From NCBI GenBank assembly GCA_964234715.1, contig OZ174281.1: DNA of 64,000 bases. One strand, 5' to 3'. Below are positions 9,881 through 21,091 of this stretch, one piece after another. This DNA is from Podarcis melisellensis. Lineage: Eukaryota. Every line of letters starts with the position of its first letter. The stretch's first letter is position 1. The position numbers and the translations under genes are program-made. Under the pieces are notes generated by a model. That model was given only the letters and a program-made list of their open reading frames with translations, was not told the DNA's origin and did no database searches.

Positions 9881-11911
9881 TCCTGAAGGACCAGGTGCAT
9901 AGCCTTGGTGTCATTTTGGACTCATAGCTGTCCATGGAGGCACAGGTTAATTCTGAGTCCAGGGCGGCTGTCTACCAGCTCCATCTGGTACGCAGGCTGA
10001 GACCCTACCTGCCTGTGCACTGTTTCACCAGAGGGGTACCTGCTCTGGTTATCTCCCACTTGGACTACTACAATGCACTCTACGTGGGGCTACCTTTGAA
10101 GGTGACTTGGAAATTACAACAAATCCAGAATGCAGCAGCTAAACTAGTGACTGGGAGTGGCTGCCAGGACCATATAACTCTGGTGCTGAGAGACCTGCAT
10201 TGGCTCCCAGTACGTTTCCGAGCATAATTCAAAGTGTTGGTGTTGACCTTTAAAGCCCTAAATGGTTTTGGCCAAGTATACCTGAAGGAGTGTCTCCACA
10301 CCCATCATCCAGCCTGGGCACCGAGGTCCAGCTCTGAGGGCCTCCTGGTAGTTCCCTCACTGCAAGAAGTGAAGATACAGGGAACCAGGCAGAGGGCCTT
10401 CTCGGTGGTGGTGCCCGCCCTTTGGAATGTGCTCCCATCAGATGTAAAGGAGATTACCAACTATCTGACTTTGAGAAGATATCTGAATGCGAACCCTGTA
10501 TAGGAAAGTTTTTTTAATGTGTGATGTTTTACTTTGGTTTGATAATTTGCTGGAAGACTCTCAGAGTGGCTGGGACAACCCAGTCAGATGGATGGGGTAC
10601 AAATAATAGAATTATTATTATTAGAGGACTAAATTGCAGGGCTGTCATACATTACCCAACAAAAAGGGTCCAACACTGAACTATTTTGCAGGGCTGGTGT
10701 AACTTGTACTCTCTAAACCACAAGCCCAGCTCCTGAATAAAAACGATGGTGTTTATTGGTGCTTCTTCCCCATCACATTTATTTTTAAAAATAAACTGGG
10801 GGGTGGGGCATTAAGTAAGATATGACTAAATCATTAATCCTGCTGTCATTTTTTTTCTTTGATTTTGGGTACAAACACTACTACCCAGTCACAGCTACTC
10901 TCAAATGCTGAATTTCTGGTTTTGCTCTTGCCCTTTGGGGCAGCAATCACTTCTTCACCAGCGAATGAACCAGGAAGTTTTTCTCTCTAGCCTTTTCTTC
11001 CTAAATATGAACCATTGCTACAGGTTATTGTTGCTGCTGCTGTTTTTCGGGAATAGTTGTTTTTGCTCTGGGTTGAGGTCAGCCCCAATGGAGGGGTAGA
11101 TGTGGTACAAGTGTCTTGGGGACCAGGTCTACCCAGCTTGGTAGATTTGCTGCCCAGGCTTCACTGCCACTTACTCAACAGGACTAGTTTTGTACACCCA
11201 TGCATGTACTTTAGACACACAAACCCTGGAAAAATGGCTGCAGTTGCCTTGGGCAATGCAATGGAAAACAGTGATGACTTATGGCGCACACGTTACTGAT
11301 CATTTGAACAGGATTTGTGCAGGAGAGTGCAGCAAGAGCAGTAGCAGAAACTTTATTGTTGGCTATCTATCGTTTTTGCTTTGTATTTATATACTTCAGC
11401 CTAGATTGGTGTGTTTTTTTGGTAATATTTAATTTATTCTGTTTGCTAAATTGTTGATTTTTGACATTTTATATATTTGCATATCTTATATAGCCTATAT
11501 ATTTGTATTTCCAATGTCCTCTATTTGAATGTTTTCAACGTTTACTGTAAGCTGCTTTGTGCACAGTTCAATGTGGGAAAGTGGCATATAAGTTAAATCA
11601 ATCAGCCAATTTCCTGGTGAATTGTGTCCGTTTGGGAGAGAATAGGGCTTCTTTGGGTAGAAGGGCACGATATACATTTAATAAAGTAAATAACTAGCCA
11701 TTTATGTTTTCCACATCAGACACCAAAATGCCTTGGCTCACTGCTAAAAGGCACCACTGCTAAAAATTAAACCCTTCTTATCAGACATAAGTGCTCTGGG
11801 TAATCATGGGACTTTAGTTAGAATTTGTACTCGTTGCTGTCTTGGAACCACCCAAGATCCCCAAATGGGAAGCAGCTAGTAAGTGGTTTGATCTGTGGAT
11901 GCAAACTTACA

Positions 11912-11912
11912 G

Positions 11913-11948
<36 letters not shown>
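11912..11948. repeat. (AAT)n microsatellite
   Basis: About 12 perfect AAT units. Confidence 0.95.
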
Positions 11949-12007
11949 GGCAAACTGAGAGCTACTTGTGATTTCTTTTTACATTTGAAAGGACCTCAGT
12001 GGGAGTT

Positions 12008-12020
12008 GTTGCCTAGCAAC
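12008..12020. promoter_or_regulatory. RFX X-box motif
   Basis: GTTGCCTAGCAAC matches the RFX consensus; function untested. Confidence 0.4.
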
Positions 12021-12255
12021 AGCCAGCAAAGACAGATTGTTCCCGTCCAGGTCTGAGCGAGATCCAGCTGCTTAGCCCCACTTCCCTGCCTCACTGGATT
12101 TGACAGGAGCTTCTGGATGGCATGATACCAGGGAAGAACCAGGAAGGGGCAGAAAAGGCTGCCTGGATAAGGCTGCCTGCTGGACTTGAGAGGTGGGGAA
12201 CACTTCTCAGCCCAGGGGCCTCCTTCCCTTGCTCGGTCCCTCCTGCCCCCCAGAT

Positions 12256-12510
12256 GAGAGCCAGCGTGGTGTAGTGGTTAAGAGCAGTAGACTCGTAATC
12301 TGGTGAATCAGGTTCGCTTCCCAGCTCCTCCACATGCAGCTGCTGGGTGACCTTGGGCCAGTCACACTTCTCTGAAGTCTCTCAGCCCCACTCACCTCAC
12401 AGAGTGTTTGTTGTGGGGGAGGAAGGGAAAGGAGATTGTGAGCCACTTTGAGACTCCTTCGGGTAGTGATAAAGCGGGATATCAAATCCAAACTCTTCCT
12501 CTCCTTCTCT
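12256..12510 (+). mobile_element. tRNA-headed MIR/Ther1-derived SINE (Squam3B-like)
   Basis: A box tggtgtagtgg, B-box-like ggttcgcttcc, MIR-core gggtgaccttgggccagtcac, (CTT)-like tail; second copy at 52961-53213. Confidence 0.85.
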
Positions 12511-13364
12511 AGTCCTTCATCCTAGTCCCTTTTGCCTGCTCCGTTTACTTTCTCCTAGTTAGTTGCCTCCCTATTCCTGCCCATTTCCTTTCACTAGACT
12601 CCTTTCCTTGCTAACCCTGCAACTTTCTCAGCCCAATCGTTTTTCCTGTTCTGTATCAGGAAGTTGACCAAGCATCAGGCATACACACACGCATACAACA
12701 ACAAGGAGCTAAAGGTGAGCTGAAGGCAATACGTGCCATTGCTTGCTCTGCACCAAAGCAGACCCCAATACTCCTCTCTTGGCTTTTAATTCCCTTCTCC
12801 TCAGCTACTTACTGTGCCCTGAAAAGATCCCAGAAATGCCATCCTATATCAGACCAGCATCATCCACTCAACAAGGGATGGCAAAAGCAGAGGCCCTTCA
12901 AATGTTGGACTCCAACTCCCATCAGCCCCAGGCCAGCATAGCCAATGGTCATGGAAACGGAAGTTGTAGTTTAATAATATCTGGAGGGCCCATCACTGCA
13001 CAAACACACTTACTGATGCTCTTATGTCCTTGTTTTATTCCTTCCACCTAACTACCTGGCCTCTGCAATGTGTTGAGCTCTCAAACTGTGAATATTTAAT
13101 TGTTTAATTGTTTGCAGTGCTTATGTGCTACCCGGTAGCAATGTTACCTGGGTAGCTTACAACAATCCAGCATTAAAATGTAATGACAAACCAGCAATAA
13201 ACAATAAAAAGTAGCACAAAATGTTTAGCAGCAGCAGCAGCTAATAAAACAGTATAATAAGATTCACAGCATTGCTAAAATTATGCTGCAAATGGGGATT
13301 ATAAATGCACAGGTCAAAAAATATTTATGATTCCTAATCAAAATACACGAGCGTTTGCTTTCCA

Positions 13365-13755
13365 CCAGTTCACACATCATGCTAACCAAAACCCTGACTT
13401 AGCATAAATGCATGAGCATGTGCACTTCCAGAGAGACCACAGCTGCTTTGCTCTCTTGCTGCATCACTGAGAGCTAAGCAATGGTTTGGTTTAGCATATC
13501 ATCCGTACTTGGTTCATGATTTGTCTCCTACAAAAAAACCCACGAGCAGTAAGCCATAAAACAAACCGTGGCTATAGCTCATCATTTGTCTGGAGTAAGG
13601 GAAACTATGAGCCCAGGTTCCAATGACACACTAAGCCTAACCATGGCTTAGCTCACAGTGGCGCAGCAACAGGCAATGAGGAGCAGCATAGCAACAGCTA
13701 TCTCCCCTGTAGGAAGGAACCCACATTGTTTGGCTTAGCATACCATGTGAACTGG
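13365..13755. mobile_element. Palindromic MITE (Harbinger-like), degenerate
   Basis: Inverted ends ccagttcaca..atgctaa / ttagcat..tgtgaactgg; internal aaccatgg-type repeats. Confidence 0.55.
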
Positions 13756-13801
13756 GTCTGTACTGAGTTGCAACTGCACGGGGCTTTTGGACAATCTAGG
13801 A

Positions 13802-14055
13802 AAGGGGTCAGCAACCTTTTTCAGCCGTGGGCCGGTCCACCGTCCCTCAGACCATGTGGTGGGCTGGACTATATTTTGGAAAAAAATAATAATGAACAAA
13901 TTCCTATGCCCCACAAATAACCCAGAGATGCATTTTAAATAAAAGGACACATTCTACTCATGTAAAAACAAGCTGATTCCCAGACCATCCACGGGCCAGA
14001 TTGTGAAGGCGATTGGGCCACATCTGGCCCCTGGGCCTTGGGTTGCCTACCCCTG
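13802..14055 (+). mobile_element. hAT-Charlie-type MITE (family also at 47995 and 61901)
   Basis: Ends aggggtcagcaacc / ggttgcctacccctg; perfect TSD atctagga. Confidence 0.9.
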
Positions 14056-15912
14056 ATCTAGGAGCAATAGGCAACCTTTGGAGGTCAGTCCACATGTCTT
14101 TTGTATTGGAGTATTCTAAGTGTTTTCTGCTTGGCTTTTATCTACTTGGATATAATCCTAATTTCATTTAGTTATAACTTCATTAGGGTCTTACATATGT
14201 AAAGATACTAAGCAAGATCATGTGTGTAGAGATTAAGGCTGTGGTTTTATGGACGACTATTTGGAAAGAAGTCCCACTGAACAAAGTAGGGCTTACAGTC
14301 TGGTCCTATGCATGTTTCTGAAGAACTGTTCAGAATTTTCCAGAAATAAGGCACAGAAGGCACTAGGCAATTTTTAAAAATGCTATTATGGCAACTGGTT
14401 GGTATACATACATTCGGTGAAGAACTGAATTCAAGAAAGCATTTCTTTTTTTAAAAAAAGAATCACTAAAATACATAAAGCCAATTAAAAATCAGAATAA
14501 AATACACAAAACCAATTAAAAACCAGAACAGAAACCAAAGCAAATGCCCTTAGAAACAACAGTCAAAATAAATACAGCACAGAGATAGCCCTGCATATTG
14601 GGAGGGGCTGGGGGTTGTAGCTGCAATGGAACTGGACCTCCTCCACATGGAAGCCAACCTTGCCCCCCTCCCCACCCAGGATAAACTTTGAAGCAGGCCC
14701 TCCCTACTATTAGACCTTTATTGCTGCGGATGTTTGATTTCAATCCACCTTGTACGTGAAATGTATGGACTCTGCCCTTCAGATAGGATGGGGTGGTTGT
14801 CTGTAAACTATAGGGATTATATCCTGATGGGCAGTAAAAAGGGAGGGGCAGTGGTGCAGGCGGCGAGGAAATGAGAGAAAGCCAAAATGTGGGAGGGATT
14901 TGCGAGAGGATAGTTTTGCAACACGTATCACCCAGAAATACTTTGTACTTAGTACCCAGTATAGGCCAATGCAATGGAAGGAACCCTGTTAAAACAAAGA
15001 GCTCCACTTCTAAACATTTAACAGAACCCAAGAAAGCAGATAGCCGAGCAATTCCTGAACTGCATTTCAGTCATCTAATGATGCAGCCAACATGGTAGGC
15101 CTGCAATAGGGAGCAGAAAAAGGAACTCATACTACTGCCAATTCAATTCAGAGCCTAGCAACAGCAGAAATGTGGAAATAGGATAGCTAAGCCTTCCTTA
15201 AAGTCCATCGCATTAGGACTTCATGGGATAAAAATGAAATAATTGCATTTCCTAACGTAATTACCTGTGCAATCTGACCAGATGCAGGCAAAGGAAGATA
15301 GCTGACTCTGGGCATTGAGAAGTTCCTGAAGGAACTTGCCAGTGGATTGTAACCACGCTTAATTACTAAAATAAAGTCACCATTTTGCATTTCCATCTCA
15401 AGCACCATATTTTGAGCCACACCTGGCTAATGAATGGTCAAGGCTGCAGTGTGAGTTGTCACAGCCTCTTGCCCACGGATTCTGCACCGCATTTGCCCTT
15501 GAGAAATTCATTGTTGATTACTTCATACATGTGCATACCCAGTGGAAACAAGCACATCCATACATTCCTCTCTATCCATGTCCCCGTACAATATGAGCAC
15601 GCATGTGCATTATGAGCTTAAGCCCTTGCAGCATTCCTGCAGAATGATGCTCAACACATACCAGCTCAACACCAACCTTCAACACAGACTATTCACCGTC
15701 TCACAATAGTGCATTTCTTATTATTTTTGTGTGATCTTAGAGAAGCCACATTTCACCCAGGAGAAGGAAAAAACAACAACAGAACAAGCCACAGCTCATG
15801 CTCTTGCCTAACAAATCCAGCTCCACCACTTCGTTAGGCTCCTTCTGCAACGCTTCTAAGCCAGAGTCAGGGTCAGAGCTTTAACCTTGTCGAGCTGCTT
15901 GCCTAGTCTAGT

Positions 15913-16384
15913 CGGTGCTGGATTTGTGCACAAGCAAAATAAACTGCAGCTTGGGGCCTCAGATTATGAGAGGCCTCTAAGTAAAAAACAAACTAACCAA
16001 ACTAACCTAAATTTGGAGTTTTGCATAATTGGTTAATGAAGGAAATAGGAAAACAAACTCATTCTGATATGATGAAATATACTCAACGGCTACACAATAA
16101 TTTGTCACGTTGTGTTTATATATCTATTCAGAAATAACAATAATATTGTTTTAATATATGCTAAGAAATCATATGGTATTTTCGTAAGCAAGCAGGCTTA
16201 GATGTGCAAGATTGTTAGTTTTCAGTTCCATCCTAGCCTATGCATCGGCATGTATACAAATACAATAGTTCATTATTTCTATTTCCGTTGTCCTTCTTGT
16301 TAGAATAATACAGCCTGGGTAATGCTCAGGGGCCTCTTAAAGCTGCCATAGCTTGGGGCCTCAGCATGTATCAATCCAGCTCTG
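15913..16384. mobile_element. hAT-type MITE, degenerate
   Basis: Ends cggtgctggatt / aatccagctctg; subterminal agcttggggcctc repeats; TSD agtctagt / agtccaga. Confidence 0.55.
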
Positions 16385-17739
16385 AGTCCAGAGGGTGCCA
16401 ACAGGGTGTTGGCCACCAACGCCAGGTATTCTGGAAGACCACTCCCATCCCTAAGCATGTTGGCTGGGGCTGAGGATTATGGGTTTGGCCCATGATCCAT
16501 GACCTAGTCTTTTGCCCTGTAGGTCCCACTGATTTGTTGCAACCCAGACTTTTGGCCAAAGGCCTATGCTGGCTGAGATGCTTTCAAATCCCCAAGGAAA
16601 GCACCTGTTATCTACACCTGGCTTTGTTAGACCAATTTTCCCTTCCTCTTACAACTGGCTTAGCAAGACCATTCTCCAACTCATTTAGGTGTAAACACAT
16701 TAGCATATACAAAGCTATTCAGCAGGGCTTAGGCCTCCTGGCTCCTATTTGGAAGCAGGTTCTGCCTATAGGGATACAGTGGTGGTGGTCTTTTGTAGCA
16801 TTTGATTCTGGGAAACACATAGATAACAGATCTGCCTTAAGGCAACTCAGAAAGCAATAAAGATTTCTTTAGAAGTCCTAGAACTCCTTGGGGTCACCAG
16901 CAGCTGGCAATGGCAGTTAACTCATGACTTCCCTATCAAAATATCAAACCCCCCTACCTTACTAGAAGAGGCTATAGGATGAAAGCCATACACTGAAAAC
17001 ACTGTGCACAGGAAATAAAAGCTCTCCGGGCAACAGAACACACACACACAGGAACACCAGGAAGCACAAATGAGAATTAGGGCTTGGGGTCGAAATCAGA
17101 TTGTGCTGTGCAAAACCCTTAAAACAGCAGCTACCTAATTCACGTAGTGATGGCAGATAAAAGGCACAAACTTATTCTCTGGTCTCAAATATTGTGTTGG
17201 AAAGAATGCTTGGATGTTGCTGCAGTTTTTTTTATAAAAAAAATAATCATTGGTTGGGTAACACATAAGAAACATTCAGTACTAGCGCTGGGAAAATGAG
17301 AGGTCCCCAGATGCTGGACTAGAAACTTACAGTAACCACAAACGGGAGGAGGAAAATAGAGCATGATTCATAGTTAGTATCTGCATACGAGGCTGCATAT
17401 AACTAGCTGTAAAGGGGACTCCGCCTCACCCCACCCTTCCAGCCCCTCAAAGAGGTCGGGTTAAGAGCGAATGGCAACAAGTAATCCGGCAACAATACAG
17501 CAAATGGCTTTTTGCACAATCAAATCCATACAGCCCCTCTCGCAGGGCACACCTAACCCATCCCTCACTCCTAGGAACATCCTCATAGGATACACACGCA
17601 TTCCATGCTCCTCCTCCATAGGAAGGTACATGCACCGCCACCACATTCTTCCAGCCTGCCTCACCCCCCCCCCCGGGATACCCAGGGGCGCCTCTTTTCT
17701 GTGCACCTTCCACGTCTCCCCTTCTTCCACCCATCGTAC

Positions 17740-20700
17740 TTCATCTGCGCGCACACACACTCCGATTCATCGACGACACGCTACGGGCGCGAGTTCTCAC
17801 CGAAAGCGTACGCCAGCGCTGAAACCCGGGTCTCCATGCATGCCCACTTCCTTTACATGCCCAACACCTGAAGTTCACCTCAGACCTGTCCGCTCTTGCA
17901 TGCACACGCACCCCGTTCGCCTTCCTCCTCTTTCGGGCGTATTCCCCAGCCTTCCCTTGGGCTGCCTTCTGCTCCTTCCCCAGGCACTCCTCGGGGTCTC
18001 TACACCCGAACCCGCTGCGCGGCAGCACCCTTTCCCGTGCAGACGCTCCTCCAGACCCCAACCCCGGAGCAGCAATGCCCCGGACAGAGCGTGTGTGGGG
18101 GGGGGGGGACCTGGCAAGGGCGAGAATGCAACGCACTTTTCACCCGGGGAAGAGGAGGCGCGCTTGCCGCCTCGGCCATCCGCGCGCAGGAACGAAGCAC
18201 GAGCGCCAGCCAGGGCAGCTGCCAGCCTCGCCCGCCCGCGCCCCCCCCTCGCCGCACCAGCAAAACACGCGCAGTCCGAAAAGGCGCTTGCAGGGATGCC
18301 ACGTCCCCGGAGCCCGCACACAGGCAGGGCATTCCGGGGCAGGGGCAGGCGTCGGGGCGGGCGGGGGGGGGCACACGAGCGAAGCGGAGTTCTCGCCACC
18401 CCCAGCACCCAACAAGTGGCAGGAGGCGAGGGGGCTTGGGTCCTGGCAGGAGCCCGACTACTTGCCCCCCTTTCTGATCCGGGAGGGGGCGCACGCAGCG
18501 CATCGGGGTGCAGCCATCGGGGGGAAGCCAGGCGTCGCCCACAAACGCCTCCCTGTCGTCGTCGTCCCCCCCGCTGCTTCTCGCCTGTAACGGGAGGGGG
18601 TATCAATGTGCGCGGAGCCCTCACTGCCTCCCCCCCCCCCGGGAGCTGCTTCCGATTTCGGGGGCGCTCCTGTCTCCGCAGATTGGAAAAGATTCATCGA
18701 GACCCCGATCCGTGAAAAAACAGGGTGCCGAAAAGGAGGGGCGCGCGCGGGGGGGAGAGAATGAATCGAATTGGCTCCGGGAGGGAGAGCAGCAACGGAG
18801 GCGCCGCAGCTCGCGGGGGGGGGGGGGCGCGAAGCAGCTGGATGCGGCGAGAGGAAGAAGGACCCGGCGCAGGACCGCAGGCGAGTCGCCCGCCGGCTGC
18901 AGCAAAAACTTGACCCCCACAAGCTGCCTACCAAGTATCGCCATCCTCGCCCCTCCACCCACCCCTCGCCCGTCCGTCTTCGGGGAGCTGCGCGGCTGCT
19001 CGCCCGCCGCTGCTCCCGCCACCCGCAGCCTCGAGCGGGCGCCTGCCTCGCTCGCTTCCCTCCAGCCCGGCGCCCGCATTCCGACACAGCCGCGAGCCGA
19101 GCGCGGTCCTCCGCCGCGGGGTCCGCCCTGGCCGCTTCCCGCCTGCCCGCCGCGCTTCCTTACTTCGCGGCGCCCGGGGCTTCCTCCTGGCTCGCCGCTC
19201 CTCGCCGGGCATCTTCGCCTCCCGCCGCTGCTCTCCGCAGCAAATCCGCCAGCAGCCGGGCTCTCCGAGCCCCCCGCGCCGTCGCGCTCCGCTCCAAATC
19301 CGCGCCGCTCCGTTCAGTCCCTTCCACCCGAAGGAAGCCCTCCCTCCTGCCCCGCTCGCCCGCGCCACGAGCCCAGCCAAGCAGCCGCTGCTGCCGGGGC
19401 GCGCGCCGAGCCGGGCTGTGTCCGAGCCGGAGCTGCTCTCTCGGTGTGTGTGAGGAGGAAGTGCAGGGGAAGCGCAGCCCAGGGATTGCATCGCCCCCCC
19501 CGCCCGCTCCTCTCGCGCGCGCGCGCCGCCGCCGCCTCCCTCTCCGCGCTCGCTCGCTCCCTCCCGGCTGGCCGCCTCCTCCTCCTCCTCCTCGCCGCCG
19601 TCCTCGCTGCCCGGGGAGAGGGAGGCGGAGCTCCGGCGCCTTGGCAGAGCCGGTGCCCAAGCCAAGCTCCGCGCGGAGGTGGCCGCAGCGCCAGCGACCC
19701 AGCCAGCCTCGCGTGCCTTAGCCGAGCCCAGCCGAGGAAGGGAACAAGCCCTCCCCGAGCGCCTTCGGGAGCATCATCGCGACCGGCGCGCCGCCTCGGG
19801 CCCCCTGTTCGCGGCCGCTGACTTGCCTGCTTGGGGGGAAGCGATGGGCAGCCCCGCGCTGCCCGGGGAATTCGCGGCGAGATGCCCGCCCGCCCGCCCC
19901 GAGGATTTGCAGCCCGTCGCTGCAGCTGCCCGAGCCGCGAGGTCGCGCGCTGGCGCCCGGCAGCAGGAGGCGTCCCACTCGCGGCGGCGGCGGCGGCCAC
20001 GGCCACTAGGGGCGCGCGAGGCCTGCTCCCCACGAGACGCGGACCAGGCCTGCGCGCCCGCCCGCCCGCCCGCCTGCCTGCCCTGCTGGCCGGAGCCGCT
20101 TGGAGCGCCGCCTGCCCGCCGTTCGCTCTCCCCGCGTGACTCCCGCTGACCTTGCCCCCGCCAGCCCCGCCGCGCGCCCTCCCCTCCCCCTCCTCCCCCG
20201 CTGTCCTCGCGGCCGGTTCCGGTGAGTCACCCGCGCGTCGCCGGCTGCACCTGCCGGGGGAGGAGGGAGCGAGCTGGGACTGCGCACCTGCCCAGCCGCC
20301 CGCCCTTCCCCCTCGCCGCCACTGCAGCAACCCCCGAGGGGGCTGGCCAGTGCCATGCCGATGCCCCTCGGGGATCGCGCGGCGGAGCTGCCCTCGGGAT
20401 CCGTCTCCGGAGAGCCGCTTCCGAGCAGGCGGCGACCCTCCCGCGGGCCCTTTGGGGCGGGCGGGCGGGCGAGGGGCTTCCAGGGAGAACTCCGGGCTGG
20501 CGAGGCCAAGATGGTTGCCAGCTGCCCCGGCATCCAGGGCGGCCGAGAAAACCGCGGGCACTCACACGCGGGGAAGCGGCTGCCGAGCGCCGGCTCCTGC
20601 TCTGCCCCTTTAAGCGGCGCGGGCCCCGCTCTGCCAGTGGTCCGGATTTCCAAGCTGGATTCTGGTCCTTTGCCAAGGACTGAGCGCTCGTTAACATTCA

Positions 20701-21000
20701 GCCTGGCGCTCCCGGTGCCAAGCTGCCAGGCTCCAGAGATCCCTGGCTCTTGGGCCCCTGCAGGCCGGCCGCGTCAGACAACTCAGCAGGCGCCTTGCGG
20801 AGCCCTCCCGGGGTGGGGGGCTGCCGGGCTGCCCTGCTGGCGAGCTCCCAAGTCCGCACGGTGTACTTTCTAGCATCGTTAGGAGTAGATTAGAGGCAGA
20901 GCCAACCTGTTAAAAACACGTGTTGCTTCTTTCCTGCAGCTCCAGATTTTTTACATGCTGCTCAGCTCTATGAACCTGTTGCGCAGCGCAGCCCCCGCGT
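17740..21000. promoter_or_regulatory. Large CpG island, probable promoter and first-exon region of an unidentified host gene(s)
   Basis: Very high GC and CpG density against a CpG-depleted background; (GCC)n/(CCT)n runs and GC boxes; splice-like motifs on both strands. Confidence 0.9.
18932..18944 (-). CDS. Candidate short first coding exon (MAIL+G) of a minus-strand gene
   Basis: aggATGGCGATACTTG|gtaggc: strong Kozak context followed by a GT donor inside the CpG island; gene not recognised. Confidence 0.3.
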
Positions 21001-21091
21001 CCCTTCTTCCCATACATGCTCCATTCGCCTTCCATAACCCATTGCACCATCTAGAGGCTGCTTTGTCTTCCAATGGAATGACGGGCTTTAT
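20940..21091 (+). other. Candidate internal exon (5'UTR or early coding) of a plus-strand transcript
   Basis: Acceptor ttgcttctttcctgcag|, donor |gtgagt; an upstream donor cg|gtgagt lies at 20221/20222 in the CpG island. Confidence 0.5.

Larger units (their letters stand above)
6380..10625 (+). mobile_element. Old L2 LINE, interrupted and with RT core deleted
   Basis: APE motifs (KVLLCSARS..., VTETWL 6564-6755; LLVYQPP...VVLG/DFN across 8435-8920; WSDH ~9100) and C-terminal L2 motifs (NRLRLNPGKTEVL, LQQIQNAAAKLV, LHWLPVRFR, AFSVVVPALWN); (TTA)n tail ~10612-10622. Confidence 0.9.

Noticed and set aside
20003-20015. CTCF-like motif CCACTAGGGGCGC (and CCACCAGAGGTGG near 33058)
   Set aside because: Both mismatch the invariant core spacing; unsupported without ChIP data
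17471-20873. Many long overlapping ORFs (up to 437 aa) on both strands
   Set aside because: Low-complexity Pro/Arg/Ala/Gly translations expected from stop-codon scarcity in a CpG island; no recognisable domain
17740-21091. Assigning a gene symbol to the CpG-island host gene
   Set aside because: No coding exon could be recognised with confidence from sequence alone
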